IMG/VR virus record: IMGVR_UViG_3300034095_001075
Source of the DNA: an uncultured virus (IMG/VR IMGVR_UViG_3300034095_001075)
Lineage: Duplodnaviria > Heunggongvirae > Uroviricota > Caudoviricetes
Length of the DNA stretch: 64,000 nt
Reading direction: 5' to 3' (one strand)
Position numbers and translations under genes: made by a program. How positions within the stretch are numbered: position 1 is the stretch's first letter; each line of letters opens with the position of its first letter. Under the pieces are notes generated by a model. It worked only from the letters and a program-made list of their open reading frames with translations. It did no database searches and was not told where the DNA came from. Below are positions 15,560-24,368 of the stretch, in pieces.

Positions 15560-16267
15560 AATAATGGATTCTATACTGTAAATGGAATTAGAAATGTAGA
15601 TTTGGCAAAACAAATATTTCCAGACTGGATTTGTCGATTTTATGTTGCTCCTACAGTACCAAAGGCAATAATAGAGGAATTACAAAATCGTGGAGCAGAA
15701 ATTGTTTTAATGCAAGAAGATGAAAGTTGGAATGGAATGTTTTGGAGATTCTATGCTGCTGCAGATCCAACAGTTGATGTTATGATCAGCAGAGATACTG
15801 ATAGTTTATTGAATATTAGAGATAAAGCAGCAGTAGATGAATGGTTAGCAAGCAATAAAGATTTTCATATAATGAGAGATAATCGAGCCCATAGTACAAA
15901 AATATTAGGTGGTATGTGGGGTGCAAGAAACAAGGTTATTTTAAATATGAAAGAATTGATAGACAATTATTCCAGAAAAAATACAAATAATAGAAAAAAC
16001 ATAGATCAAGAATTTTTAGCGGAAATAGTCTATCCTATCGTAATCAACAGAGCACTAGTACACGATCCCTTATGTAGATTTGGACACGGGAAAGAATTTC
16101 CCATACCACGAAATTTGCCTTGGTACGAAAAAACATTAAGAGGCGAATGGAGAGGGTGTGATTGGAATGGTGATGATAATGATTTTATTGGTAAATTGGC
16201 AGCAGGTGGGTGTACTCACAATGAATATCATAAAAACTTTGAAGATGAAAAATATTATAAGGATTGA
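15527..16267 (+). CDS. putative GT-A glycosyltransferase, paralog of previous gene
   Basis: ISYCLWG, MFWRF, SRDTDS, HIMRD, GGMWG, DQEFL. Confidence 0.65.
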   Translation: MKKIISYCLWGNNGFYTVNGIRNVDLAKQIFPDWICRFYVAPTVPKAIIEELQNRGAEIVLMQEDESWNGMFWRFYAAADPTVDVMISRDTDSLLNIRDKAAVDEWLASNKDFHIMRDNRAHSTKILGGMWGARNKVILNMKELIDNYSRKNTNNRKNIDQEFLAEIVYPIVINRALVHDPLCRFGHGKEFPIPRNLPWYEKTLRGEWRGCDWNGDDNDFIGKLAAGGCTHNEYHKNFEDEKYYKD

Positions 16268-16269
16268 AC

Positions 16270-17055
16270 ATGAAAATTAATAAAGTAATAATGTCGTGTG
16301 ATGATAAACGGTACTATTTGGATTTTTGGCCGTTGGTGTCTAAAGTATGGAAGTTGAAATTCAATATTCATCCTGTTTTAATATTATTCGGAGATAAGAA
16401 ACAATTAAATGTTTCAGAAGAATATGGAACTGTTGTGGAGTTTAAAACAAATTCAAACATATTACCGCACATACAAGCACAGTGGGCAAGATATTGGTAT
16501 CCAATTACAGAACCAGATACTACTTGGTTAGTTTCGGACATTGATATGTTTCCAATGTCTAGGGAATATTTTATCAATTCTTTAGTGAATGTTAGATCGG
16601 ATGCTTATATTAATTTAAATGCAGATAAAGATTATTTTCCTGCTTGCTACAATGGTGGTACTGGCAAAACATTCAAAGAAGTATTAGAATTGCCTAATAC
16701 ATGGGAAGAATCCATCAACGAAATTGATGAACGATCAAAACAAATAAATTATAACCATACACCAGAATCCTTTAGTGTTTATGAGCCTGATCAGACTCAT
16801 ATGGCAAATTGGGGCATAGACGAGTCATTCTCCTGTGCAAAAATTAAAAAATTTGCGGACAAAGATCGTATAATTAGAGTACAAAGACCGGGTGGATTTT
16901 GTCAAAGAAGACTCGACCGTGCTAGTTGGAAACCAGACGATTCAAAAATACTAAGTGGTTGGTATAATGATTGTCATAGCATTCGTCCTTATAATTCCGG
17001 ACACAAACCAGAAATAGATAGAGTAGTTGATTTAATACTTAGGAGCAACCAATGA
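16270..17055 (+). CDS. putative glycosyltransferase
   Basis: YLDFWP, SDIDM (DxD), WGIDE, RLDR..W, DCHS.RP. Confidence 0.55.
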   Translation: MKINKVIMSCDDKRYYLDFWPLVSKVWKLKFNIHPVLILFGDKKQLNVSEEYGTVVEFKTNSNILPHIQAQWARYWYPITEPDTTWLVSDIDMFPMSREYFINSLVNVRSDAYINLNADKDYFPACYNGGTGKTFKEVLELPNTWEESINEIDERSKQINYNHTPESFSVYEPDQTHMANWGIDESFSCAKIKKFADKDRIIRVQRPGGFCQRRLDRASWKPDDSKILSGWYNDCHSIRPYNSGHKPEIDRVVDLILRSNQ

Positions 17056-17693
17056 CACAGAAATATCTAGATAATATTGCTAAAAAACCGGAAGCAAACT
17101 ATTTATTAAATGAGGTCGAAGGTTGGTGTAGTCATCGACCTCTTTTGTATTTGGCTTTAGAAATGACTAAAAGTTCCAATAAACCCATTGTAGAACTTGG
17201 TTGTGGTTATGGAAGTACAACTCAATTAAATCAATATATCCAAACAGATAAAAGAAAACTTATAAGTTTTGATACAAATCAAGAATGGCTCAATAAATTT
17301 ATTCACTTACAATCAAATAAACATGAGTTTGTTTATAAACCAGATAATTTTGCTTATAATCAAGAATCACAAGAATGGTATGACAAAACACCAGAAATAG
17401 TAGATTGGTTGACTGATGTTAGTAAAGATGGTATTTCTGTTTGTTTGGTTGATCATGCATGTGGTGAACGCAGACATAGTGATATAAAATTAATACACGA
17501 AAACTGTGATTTTATGATAATACATGACAGTCAACCGCCGGCTACGGGATATATGATGGACAAAATCTGGGGATTATTTAAATACAAACTTAATATGAAA
17601 AAATGGGGCGATTGGGCCACGATAGTAAGCAACAAACATGATGTTACTAAATTTGATGGAATGAAAATTGGCAATTTTGAGGTTAATATATGA
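17052..17693 (+). CDS. class I SAM-dependent methyltransferase
   Basis: IVELGCGYGST motif I, ISFDT, LVDH, IIHDS. Confidence 0.75.
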   Translation: MTQKYLDNIAKKPEANYLLNEVEGWCSHRPLLYLALEMTKSSNKPIVELGCGYGSTTQLNQYIQTDKRKLISFDTNQEWLNKFIHLQSNKHEFVYKPDNFAYNQESQEWYDKTPEIVDWLTDVSKDGISVCLVDHACGERRHSDIKLIHENCDFMIIHDSQPPATGYMMDKIWGLFKYKLNMKKWGDWATIVSNKHDVTKFDGMKIGNFEVNI

Positions 17694-18217
17694 TTATATC
17701 ACACCCAGAGAATGGTTCTAGTCCGGATTTTGGATGGAGATACTTAGACACTTCAAATGATTTAACATGTCCGTGGTACACATTTGGTGCATTAGAAATG
17801 CTAGATAATATGGACTTAAGCAATATGTCTGTATTTGAATACGGTTGTGGTCTTTCATCTTTATGGTGGAAAAATAAAAGCAAAAAATGGAAAGGCGTGG
17901 ATTCTAATGAAACTTGGGCAAAACAATGTTCCTGTATACATTTAACGGATGAAAAACAATATATTACTTCTTGTATTGGTGAAACATATGATATTATTGT
18001 TATTGATGGTATATTCCGAGATGAATGTACCGAATATGCGTTAAAATGTATTAATCCAAATGGATACATTATCATAGACAATTGGTATCAAACTACTACT
18101 GGTATGTCGGAATCATATTGGAGTAAATCTAAACAATTATTAATTAAATACCAAAGTTGGATTTATAAAGAACCAACACATGAAGATTGGAAAACTGCAA
18201 TCTTTAAAATAACATGA
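17690..18217 (+). CDS. class I SAM-dependent methyltransferase
   Basis: VFEYGCGLSSLWW, YDIIVIDG..R, GYIIIDN. Confidence 0.8.
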   Translation: MIISHPENGSSPDFGWRYLDTSNDLTCPWYTFGALEMLDNMDLSNMSVFEYGCGLSSLWWKNKSKKWKGVDSNETWAKQCSCIHLTDEKQYITSCIGETYDIIVIDGIFRDECTEYALKCINPNGYIIIDNWYQTTTGMSESYWSKSKQLLIKYQSWIYKEPTHEDWKTAIFKIT

Positions 18218-18846
18218 ATCATATAATAATAAGAACTTGTGTAAAAGACGATTATCTGGCAAGGCTTTGCTATGAATCGTTTAAACTTGCCAAAATTGAT
18301 GGTAATTACATTTTTTTAGCAGATGATGGTAATTACAAACATATAATTGATATAAACAAAACAGAAATTATATACAAGAAAGAAACCAACAATTATGGAG
18401 GACATGCAGGAGTTGTTGGTTTATTGCATAATGGTTTAAATAATTTACAATTTGATGATGAAGATACTGTGATAATATCGGATTCAGATATTATTGTATT
18501 TGATAACTTTTTAAAAGAAGTAAATATAGATCATTGTGGAGTTGGTGGTAGAGATAGTTTAACCGGTCTGTTTCATTTATCAGGGCAAATGCAAATTTTT
18601 AAAGGACATATAGCAAATAGATTAAAAAATCTAACAAGCGAAGAAATACACCATGTGGTACATAAAGAAATGGTTCCTTCAAATATAAATGTAGCGGATG
18701 ATACTTTTAATTCTTATATGACAGATAAGTGGGCTTGTACTAAAAAATTATTGCCACCAAATTTATGGATACACTATAAAGCCTATGAATTTAATAATAC
18801 GGATTACTTAAAAGCAATAGAAGAAATAAGGAAACGATTTTTATGA
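18214..18846 (+). CDS. putative glycosyltransferase
   Basis: IISDSDII DxD motif; SGQMQ; cluster context. Confidence 0.5.
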   Translation: MNHIIIRTCVKDDYLARLCYESFKLAKIDGNYIFLADDGNYKHIIDINKTEIIYKKETNNYGGHAGVVGLLHNGLNNLQFDDEDTVIISDSDIIVFDNFLKEVNIDHCGVGGRDSLTGLFHLSGQMQIFKGHIANRLKNLTSEEIHHVVHKEMVPSNINVADDTFNSYMTDKWACTKKLLPPNLWIHYKAYEFNNTDYLKAIEEIRKRFL

Positions 18847-19415
18847 ACCTACAAAGAATAGATGGTCATACTATAGATTTGGATTTATTAACAAATTCTG
18901 GTATTGTTGTAGATTTGGGATGCAGAGGATTTGTTTTCGCAAATTATTTTAAGAATTTAGGTTATTCTGTTATTGCTGTAGATGCAGATCCATTGGTTTT
19001 TAATACATTACAAAGTGATATAGTTTGTATAAATAAAGCGATTTGCACCGAACGCAAAGAAGTTAAAATTTATAATACATTAACAGAAAGCGGATATACA
19101 TCAGATGTTAGATTATATCACAATGATGCTGGAGTAACAGTACAATGCGTTACATTGCAAGAAATAGAACCAAATAACGATTACGAATTATTAAAAATAG
19201 ATATTGAGGGTGGCGAGTATCCTATATTAAGTCACAATTTATTTAAACCAAAAGCTAAACAAATAACAGTAGAATTTCACGAACACAATCTTAAAGAATT
19301 GCATGATACTTATTTTAGATCTGTTGTGGATAACTTATCTAAGTGGTATGATTTAGTTTATATAATGGAAAACAACCAATACAAATACATAGATTGCTTA
19401 TTTATAAGGAGATGA
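18843..19415 (+). CDS. FkbM-family methyltransferase
   Basis: VVDLGC, LLKIDIEGGEY, QITVEFH. Confidence 0.85.
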   Translation: MNLQRIDGHTIDLDLLTNSGIVVDLGCRGFVFANYFKNLGYSVIAVDADPLVFNTLQSDIVCINKAICTERKEVKIYNTLTESGYTSDVRLYHNDAGVTVQCVTLQEIEPNNDYELLKIDIEGGEYPILSHNLFKPKAKQITVEFHEHNLKELHDTYFRSVVDNLSKWYDLVYIMENNQYKYIDCLFIRR

Positions 19416-19416
19416 C

Positions 19417-20277
19417 ATGTTACTTTGCGAAGATCAAATAAATTCTGATAATTGGGCAAAATACGCAAATTATTTTTTTAGTAATTTACCAAACGGTCAT
19501 GATCCGTGGGAAACTAGAATTTTTAATTTATATCCTAATATAAAAAAATATAGACACAAATCCGAATTAGGTCAAAAAGGAGTAATATTCCATAATGGAC
19601 ATTTCAGTATATACAGTTTATTTGATACTTTACATCCAGATGGATCTTACATAATAATAAGTAGAAATAGAGATTGGAATATAGAACAAGAATTAATGGA
19701 TCGTGTTCCTAAATGCGTTAAAAAAATTTACGCAATAAACACTAAAATAAAAAATGACATAATAGAACCAATACCCGTTGGTTGTGCAACAACTGGTGGT
19801 TTTTCTGGATTGTTGCCAATTATAAGTAAAGAAAATATTGAAAAACAATTTAATAAATTGATATATTGTAGACTGACATTGACGCGAACTGAAGCGGGAA
19901 GAGAAAGAAGAGAATTGGTAGAATTGAATAAAAATAATCCAATTTTTACAATACAATTAAATGCGGTTGGAGCAGATGACATGTACAGGAACATGAAATC
20001 TCATACATTTACTGCCTGTTCAGCAGGGGAAGGAAAAGATTGTCTGAGAACATATGAAACTATAATTATGGGAGGTATTCCTATTTGGTCTGATTGTCCA
20101 GAATTGCGTCATTTTCAAGATCTGCCTGTGGTTTATACAAAAGATTGGAATATTACAAGAGAATGGTGTGATAATGCTTTACAAGAATTAAAAAATAGAA
20201 AAACATCTACTGATAGAATGCGGATGAGTTATTGGGATGAAGAAATTAAAAAAGCGGTGAAAGATTTACTTTTATGA
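19417..20277 (+). CDS. exostosin/GT47-like glycosyltransferase
   Basis: IPVG, F..CSAGEGKDCLRTYETIIMGGIPI, DLPVV. Confidence 0.7.
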   Translation: MLLCEDQINSDNWAKYANYFFSNLPNGHDPWETRIFNLYPNIKKYRHKSELGQKGVIFHNGHFSIYSLFDTLHPDGSYIIISRNRDWNIEQELMDRVPKCVKKIYAINTKIKNDIIEPIPVGCATTGGFSGLLPIISKENIEKQFNKLIYCRLTLTRTEAGRERRELVELNKNNPIFTIQLNAVGADDMYRNMKSHTFTACSAGEGKDCLRTYETIIMGGIPIWSDCPELRHFQDLPVVYTKDWNITREWCDNALQELKNRKTSTDRMRMSYWDEEIKKAVKDLLL

Positions 20278-21365
20278 TATATGATTATCTTATAGTTGGA
20301 TCTGGATTGTTTGGTGCAATATTTGCACGGCAAATGACAGATAAAGGCGCCAGATGTCTTGTTGTTGATAAAAAAAATCATATAGGTGGCAACTGCTATA
20401 CTAGTAAAATTAATGAAATTAATGTCCATGAGTATGGTCCACATATATTTCACACTAGTAATAAATCTATTTGGGATTATATGAATAAATGGACTACATT
20501 TAATCATTTTGTTTATAGACCAAAAGTAAAACACAACAATAAATTATATTCATTTCCTATAAATCTTTTTACAATGTATCAGTTATGGGGAACTGAAACA
20601 CCGCAGCAGGCGGAACAAAAATTAAAAGAAGTAAGAATATCTATAGAAAATCCCAAAAATCTAGAAGAATGGATTTTAACACAAGTTGGTCAAGAAATAT
20701 ATGAAAAATTTATCTACGGATATACAAAAAAACAATGGGGTAAACATCCTAATAGTTTGCCAGCATCCATCATAAAACGCTTACCCATTCGTCTTACAAT
20801 GGATGATAATTATTTTGATGATATCTATCAAGGAATACCTATCGGTGGATATACACAAATATTTGAAAAACTATTAAAAGATATACCATTAGAAACGGGT
20901 GTAGATTACTTGCAGGATAGAACGCGGTTAGATTCTATTGCAACAAAAATTGTATATACTGGTGCTATTGATGAATTTTTTGATTATGATTTGGGAATGT
21001 TGGAATGGAGAAGTTTAAAGTTTCAACATGAAGTATTAAATATTAAAGATTATCAAGGTAATGCAGTAATAAACAATACAGAGGAAGATGTTCCTTATAC
21101 TAGAATAATAGAACATAAACATTTTGAATTTGGAAAGCAAGAAACTACAGTTGTTACAAAAGAATATCCACAAAAGTGGGATAAAACTAAAGATAAATTC
21201 TATCCAGTAAATGATGAAATTAACAACCAATTGTATTTAAAATATAAACAAAAAATTGATACTGATAAGTTTATATTTGGTGGTAGATTAGCCGACTACA
21301 AATATTATGATATGCATCAGGTTGTTGGATCTGCATTAGTAAGAAGCAATAAGGAAAAAAATTAA
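20274..21365 (+). CDS. glf: UDP-galactopyranose mutase
   Basis: IVGSGLFG FAD motif, HIGGNCY, YGPHIFHT, GYTKKQWG, YQGIP, GRLADYKYYDM. Confidence 0.95.
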   Translation: MIYDYLIVGSGLFGAIFARQMTDKGARCLVVDKKNHIGGNCYTSKINEINVHEYGPHIFHTSNKSIWDYMNKWTTFNHFVYRPKVKHNNKLYSFPINLFTMYQLWGTETPQQAEQKLKEVRISIENPKNLEEWILTQVGQEIYEKFIYGYTKKQWGKHPNSLPASIIKRLPIRLTMDDNYFDDIYQGIPIGGYTQIFEKLLKDIPLETGVDYLQDRTRLDSIATKIVYTGAIDEFFDYDLGMLEWRSLKFQHEVLNIKDYQGNAVINNTEEDVPYTRIIEHKHFEFGKQETTVVTKEYPQKWDKTKDKFYPVNDEINNQLYLKYKQKIDTDKFIFGGRLADYKYYDMHQVVGSALVRSNKEKN

Positions 21366-22202
21366 ATGTTGACTTATAAAGATAAAACATATAAAATAGT
21401 AGTTGTAACACCTGCTGGAAGAAAAAGGTATATGGAAATTTTATTATCACATATGTTAAAACAAAAAAATATAATAGATGAATATAGAATATGGGTAAAT
21501 ACTAATAACTCAGAAGATTTAAACTGGTTTAAAGAATTAAAGATACAACATAAAGATTTTATTACTTTAGAATATTTGCCATCAGATGTAATTACAACAG
21601 GTGAAGTTAGTGGAACAATATATAAATTTTTTGAAAATACAATAGACGAAAATACAATTTATATAAGACTTGATGATGATATTGTTTGGACAGAAAATAA
21701 TTTTGTAGAAAATCTAGTAAAATTTAGAATAGATAATCCTGATTATTTTTTAATATTTGGAAATATTATAAATAATGCAGTAATAGATCATATACACCAA
21801 AAACAAGGTATTCCGTATTCCAAACACATAGAAAATGAATGTTTATCTAAAACTGGTTGGGAAAGTTCTACTATATGTGAAGAAAAACATATTAACTTTA
21901 TAAATAATTTAAATAATAATAATGTTGAAAAATATAAATTTGATCGTTATGAAACTATAGGGCAAAGAATTTCTATAAATGCTATTTGTTGGTTTGGTAA
22001 AGATTTTAAAGAATTTTCTGGAATTGTCGATAAAAATGAAGAAACATGGTTAGCCGAAATAGCACCAGGTCAAAGAAATAAAAAAATATGTGTTTGTGGT
22101 AATGCATTATGCGTTCATTATGCCTTTTGGACACAAAGAGATTATTTAGATAAAACTGATATATTACAAAAATATAAAACAATTTCAGAGAATATAAAAT
22201 GA
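21366..22202 (+). CDS. putative glycosyltransferase
   Basis: VVTPAGRKRY, YIRLDDDIV, NIINN, SINAICW. Confidence 0.65.
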   Translation: MLTYKDKTYKIVVVTPAGRKRYMEILLSHMLKQKNIIDEYRIWVNTNNSEDLNWFKELKIQHKDFITLEYLPSDVITTGEVSGTIYKFFENTIDENTIYIRLDDDIVWTENNFVENLVKFRIDNPDYFLIFGNIINNAVIDHIHQKQGIPYSKHIENECLSKTGWESSTICEEKHINFINNLNNNNVEKYKFDRYETIGQRISINAICWFGKDFKEFSGIVDKNEETWLAEIAPGQRNKKICVCGNALCVHYAFWTQRDYLDKTDILQKYKTISENIK

Positions 22203-23107
22203 ACATAATAGTAACAGGTGGTTGCGGATTTATTGGATCGAACCTTGTTGATGAATTAGTAAAACAAGGCCATGATGTTACCGTTATAGATGATCTTTCA
22301 TCTGATGCCCACGATCAGTTCTACTTCAACGAACAAGTTAAATACTACCACCACGATATAACAAATAAGCATATTGTTAATGGAGTATTTCAAAGACACC
22401 CACCTGAATATGTTTTCCATTTAGCTGCAGAAGCAAGAATACAGAATTGCATTTCAGATCCTAGTAAAGCTCTTGATACAAATACTGTGGGTACTCAGAA
22501 TGTATTAGAAGCAGCCAAAAGAGTAAAGACAAAAAGAGTAATGCTCTCTAGCACTTCTGCAATCTATGGGCTGTCTAGCAATGATGTCCAAAAAGAATCC
22601 GATACACCGGATTGCTTAAATGCATATTCGTACTCTAAGTTCTTCTCCGAAGGATTGTGTAAAATGTATTCTAATCTTTATGGGTTGGACACCGCTTGTT
22701 TTAGATATTTTAATGTATATGGAAACAGACAGCCAATCAGAGGATCGTATGCTCCCGTCATTGGAGTGTTTTCTAGACAAAAGAAAAACAACGAAGCAAT
22801 GACTGTGGTTGGTGATGGATTGCAAACCAGAGATTACGTTCATGTATCTGATATTGTTTCTGCAAATATAGCAGCAATGAATCATACAGAATCTCTTGCC
22901 GGTAAGATCATGAATGTTGGCACAGGAACGAGTTATTCAGTTTTAGATGTTGCAAAAATGATGGGCGGAGAGTATACTCATGTAGCACCAAGGGATGGAG
23001 AGGCAAGACAAACTTGCGCCAATATTTCTGTAATACAAGAAACTCTTGGGTGGAAGCCAACTAAATCATTATTACAATACATGGAGAATAAAGAATATGA
23101 TACTTGA
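22199..23107 (+). CDS. NAD-dependent NDP-sugar epimerase/dehydratase (extended SDR)
   Basis: TGGCGFIGS, HLAA, YxxxK (YSYSK), RYFNVYG, GDGLQTRDYVHV. Confidence 0.93.
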   Translation: MNIIVTGGCGFIGSNLVDELVKQGHDVTVIDDLSSDAHDQFYFNEQVKYYHHDITNKHIVNGVFQRHPPEYVFHLAAEARIQNCISDPSKALDTNTVGTQNVLEAAKRVKTKRVMLSSTSAIYGLSSNDVQKESDTPDCLNAYSYSKFFSEGLCKMYSNLYGLDTACFRYFNVYGNRQPIRGSYAPVIGVFSRQKKNNEAMTVVGDGLQTRDYVHVSDIVSANIAAMNHTESLAGKIMNVGTGTSYSVLDVAKMMGGEYTHVAPRDGEARQTCANISVIQETLGWKPTKSLLQYMENKEYDT

Positions 23108-23318
23108 ATCGGGTGAATTGAATATACAAACAGAAGTTGAAAAGATAATCAAAAAGAAGAATTGCTCGTATATGGATGCTGTTCTTCAAATTTGTGAAAA
23201 TCATGAAATCGATCCTTCATATATTGCCAAACATTTGTCTAAGCCAATCATTGAAAAGATCAAAGCAGAGGGGCAGTCACTGAATCTTCTTCCAAGAACT
23301 TCTAGACTTCCCATTTGA
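23097..23318 (+). CDS. gp33: late-promoter transcription co-activator gp33
   Basis: SYMDAVL..CE...ID......LSKPIIEKIKAE...LNLL....RLPI; start ATG 23097. Confidence 0.88.
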   Translation: MILESGELNIQTEVEKIIKKKNCSYMDAVLQICENHEIDPSYIAKHLSKPIIEKIKAEGQSLNLLPRTSRLPI

Positions 23319-23342
23319 CTTATCTAAATAAGTCAGTATAAT
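23315..23342 (+). promoter_or_regulatory. gp32 promoter: sigma70-like, with an embedded late box and palindrome
   Basis: TTGACT-N16-TATAAT; TGACTTAT-ctaa-ATAAGTCA inverted repeat containing CTAAATA. Confidence 0.7.
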
Positions 23343-23394
23343 AAATCGTATACAGTTACTACACTCTTAATATTTCGTACACGAAAGGATATAA

Positions 23395-24315
23395 ATGTCA
23401 TTTAAAGATTTAAAGAAGAAGTCTAAGGATATCTCCAAGCTAACTCAGGAGTTGGACAAACTCAACAAGGGGGGAGCAGAATCCTACAAGGATGATCGAT
23501 TCTGGAAGCCAGAGTTAGATCAAGCATCAAACGGTTTCGCAGTAATTCGATTCCTCCCAGTTGTTGATGGAGAGGATGTTCCTTGGGCGCGTATCTTCAG
23601 TCATGGTTTCCAAGGCAAGGGTGGATGGCTCATTGAGAATTGCCCAACCACATTGGGTAAGAAGTGCCCAATCTGTGAAGGAAACAATGAGTTGTGGAAT
23701 AGCGGCAATGAAGATGACAAGACAGTTGCGCGTGATCGTAAGCGCAAGTTGAGTTATGTCTCAAACATCATGGTTGTTTCTGATCCAAAGCATCCTGAGA
23801 ACGAGGGAAAGATCTTCCTGTTCAAGTATGGCAAGAAGATCTTCGATAAGTTGATGGAGAAGATTCAACCGGAGTTCCCGGATGATGAGCCAATCAATGT
23901 CTTTGATTTCTGGCAAGGTGCTAACTTCAAGTTGAAGATTCGTAAGGTTGCGGGTTATGTCAACTACGACAAGAGTGAATTTGAAACTCCGTCGGCTTTG
24001 CTTGGTGGTGAAGATGCCAAGTTGGAAGAACTTTGGAAGAAGCAGTATGCTCTGAAGGAATTTACTTCTGCAGAAAACTTCAAGTCGTATGATGAATTGA
24101 AGACTAAGATGGACACTGTTCTCAAGGGTGGTAACGAGAGCAAGGCTAAGTCAGCAGAAGAGATGGAAGAGATCGAAGCGGAGGCTGAGGCTCGTTTCGG
24201 TTCTCCGAAGATGAGACCTGCTCCTAAGATGTCTGAGAAGAAGATCGCTGTCGATGAAGACGCAGAAGAAGAGAATGCTCTCTCGTACTTCGAGAAGTTG
24301 GCTAAGGAAGACTGA
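23395..24315 (+). CDS. gp32: single-stranded DNA-binding protein gp32
   Basis: DDRFWKP, GFAVIRFLP, IENCPTT..KCPIC, FKYGKKIFDK, FDFWQGANFKLK, NYDKSEF; acidic tail. Confidence 0.97.
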   Translation: MSFKDLKKKSKDISKLTQELDKLNKGGAESYKDDRFWKPELDQASNGFAVIRFLPVVDGEDVPWARIFSHGFQGKGGWLIENCPTTLGKKCPICEGNNELWNSGNEDDKTVARDRKRKLSYVSNIMVVSDPKHPENEGKIFLFKYGKKIFDKLMEKIQPEFPDDEPINVFDFWQGANFKLKIRKVAGYVNYDKSEFETPSALLGGEDAKLEELWKKQYALKEFTSAENFKSYDELKTKMDTVLKGGNESKAKSAEEMEEIEAEAEARFGSPKMRPAPKMSEKKIAVDEDAEEENALSYFEKLAKED

Positions 24316-24336
24316 GTTTAAATTTAAATAGTTTCA

Positions 24337-24368
24337 CAAAAGGGATGATCTTCGGATCATCCTTTTTT
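24337..24368. terminator. bidirectional intrinsic terminator between convergent genes
   Basis: AAAAGGGATGATC-TTCG-GATCATCCTTTTTT (cUUCGg loop). Confidence 0.9.
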
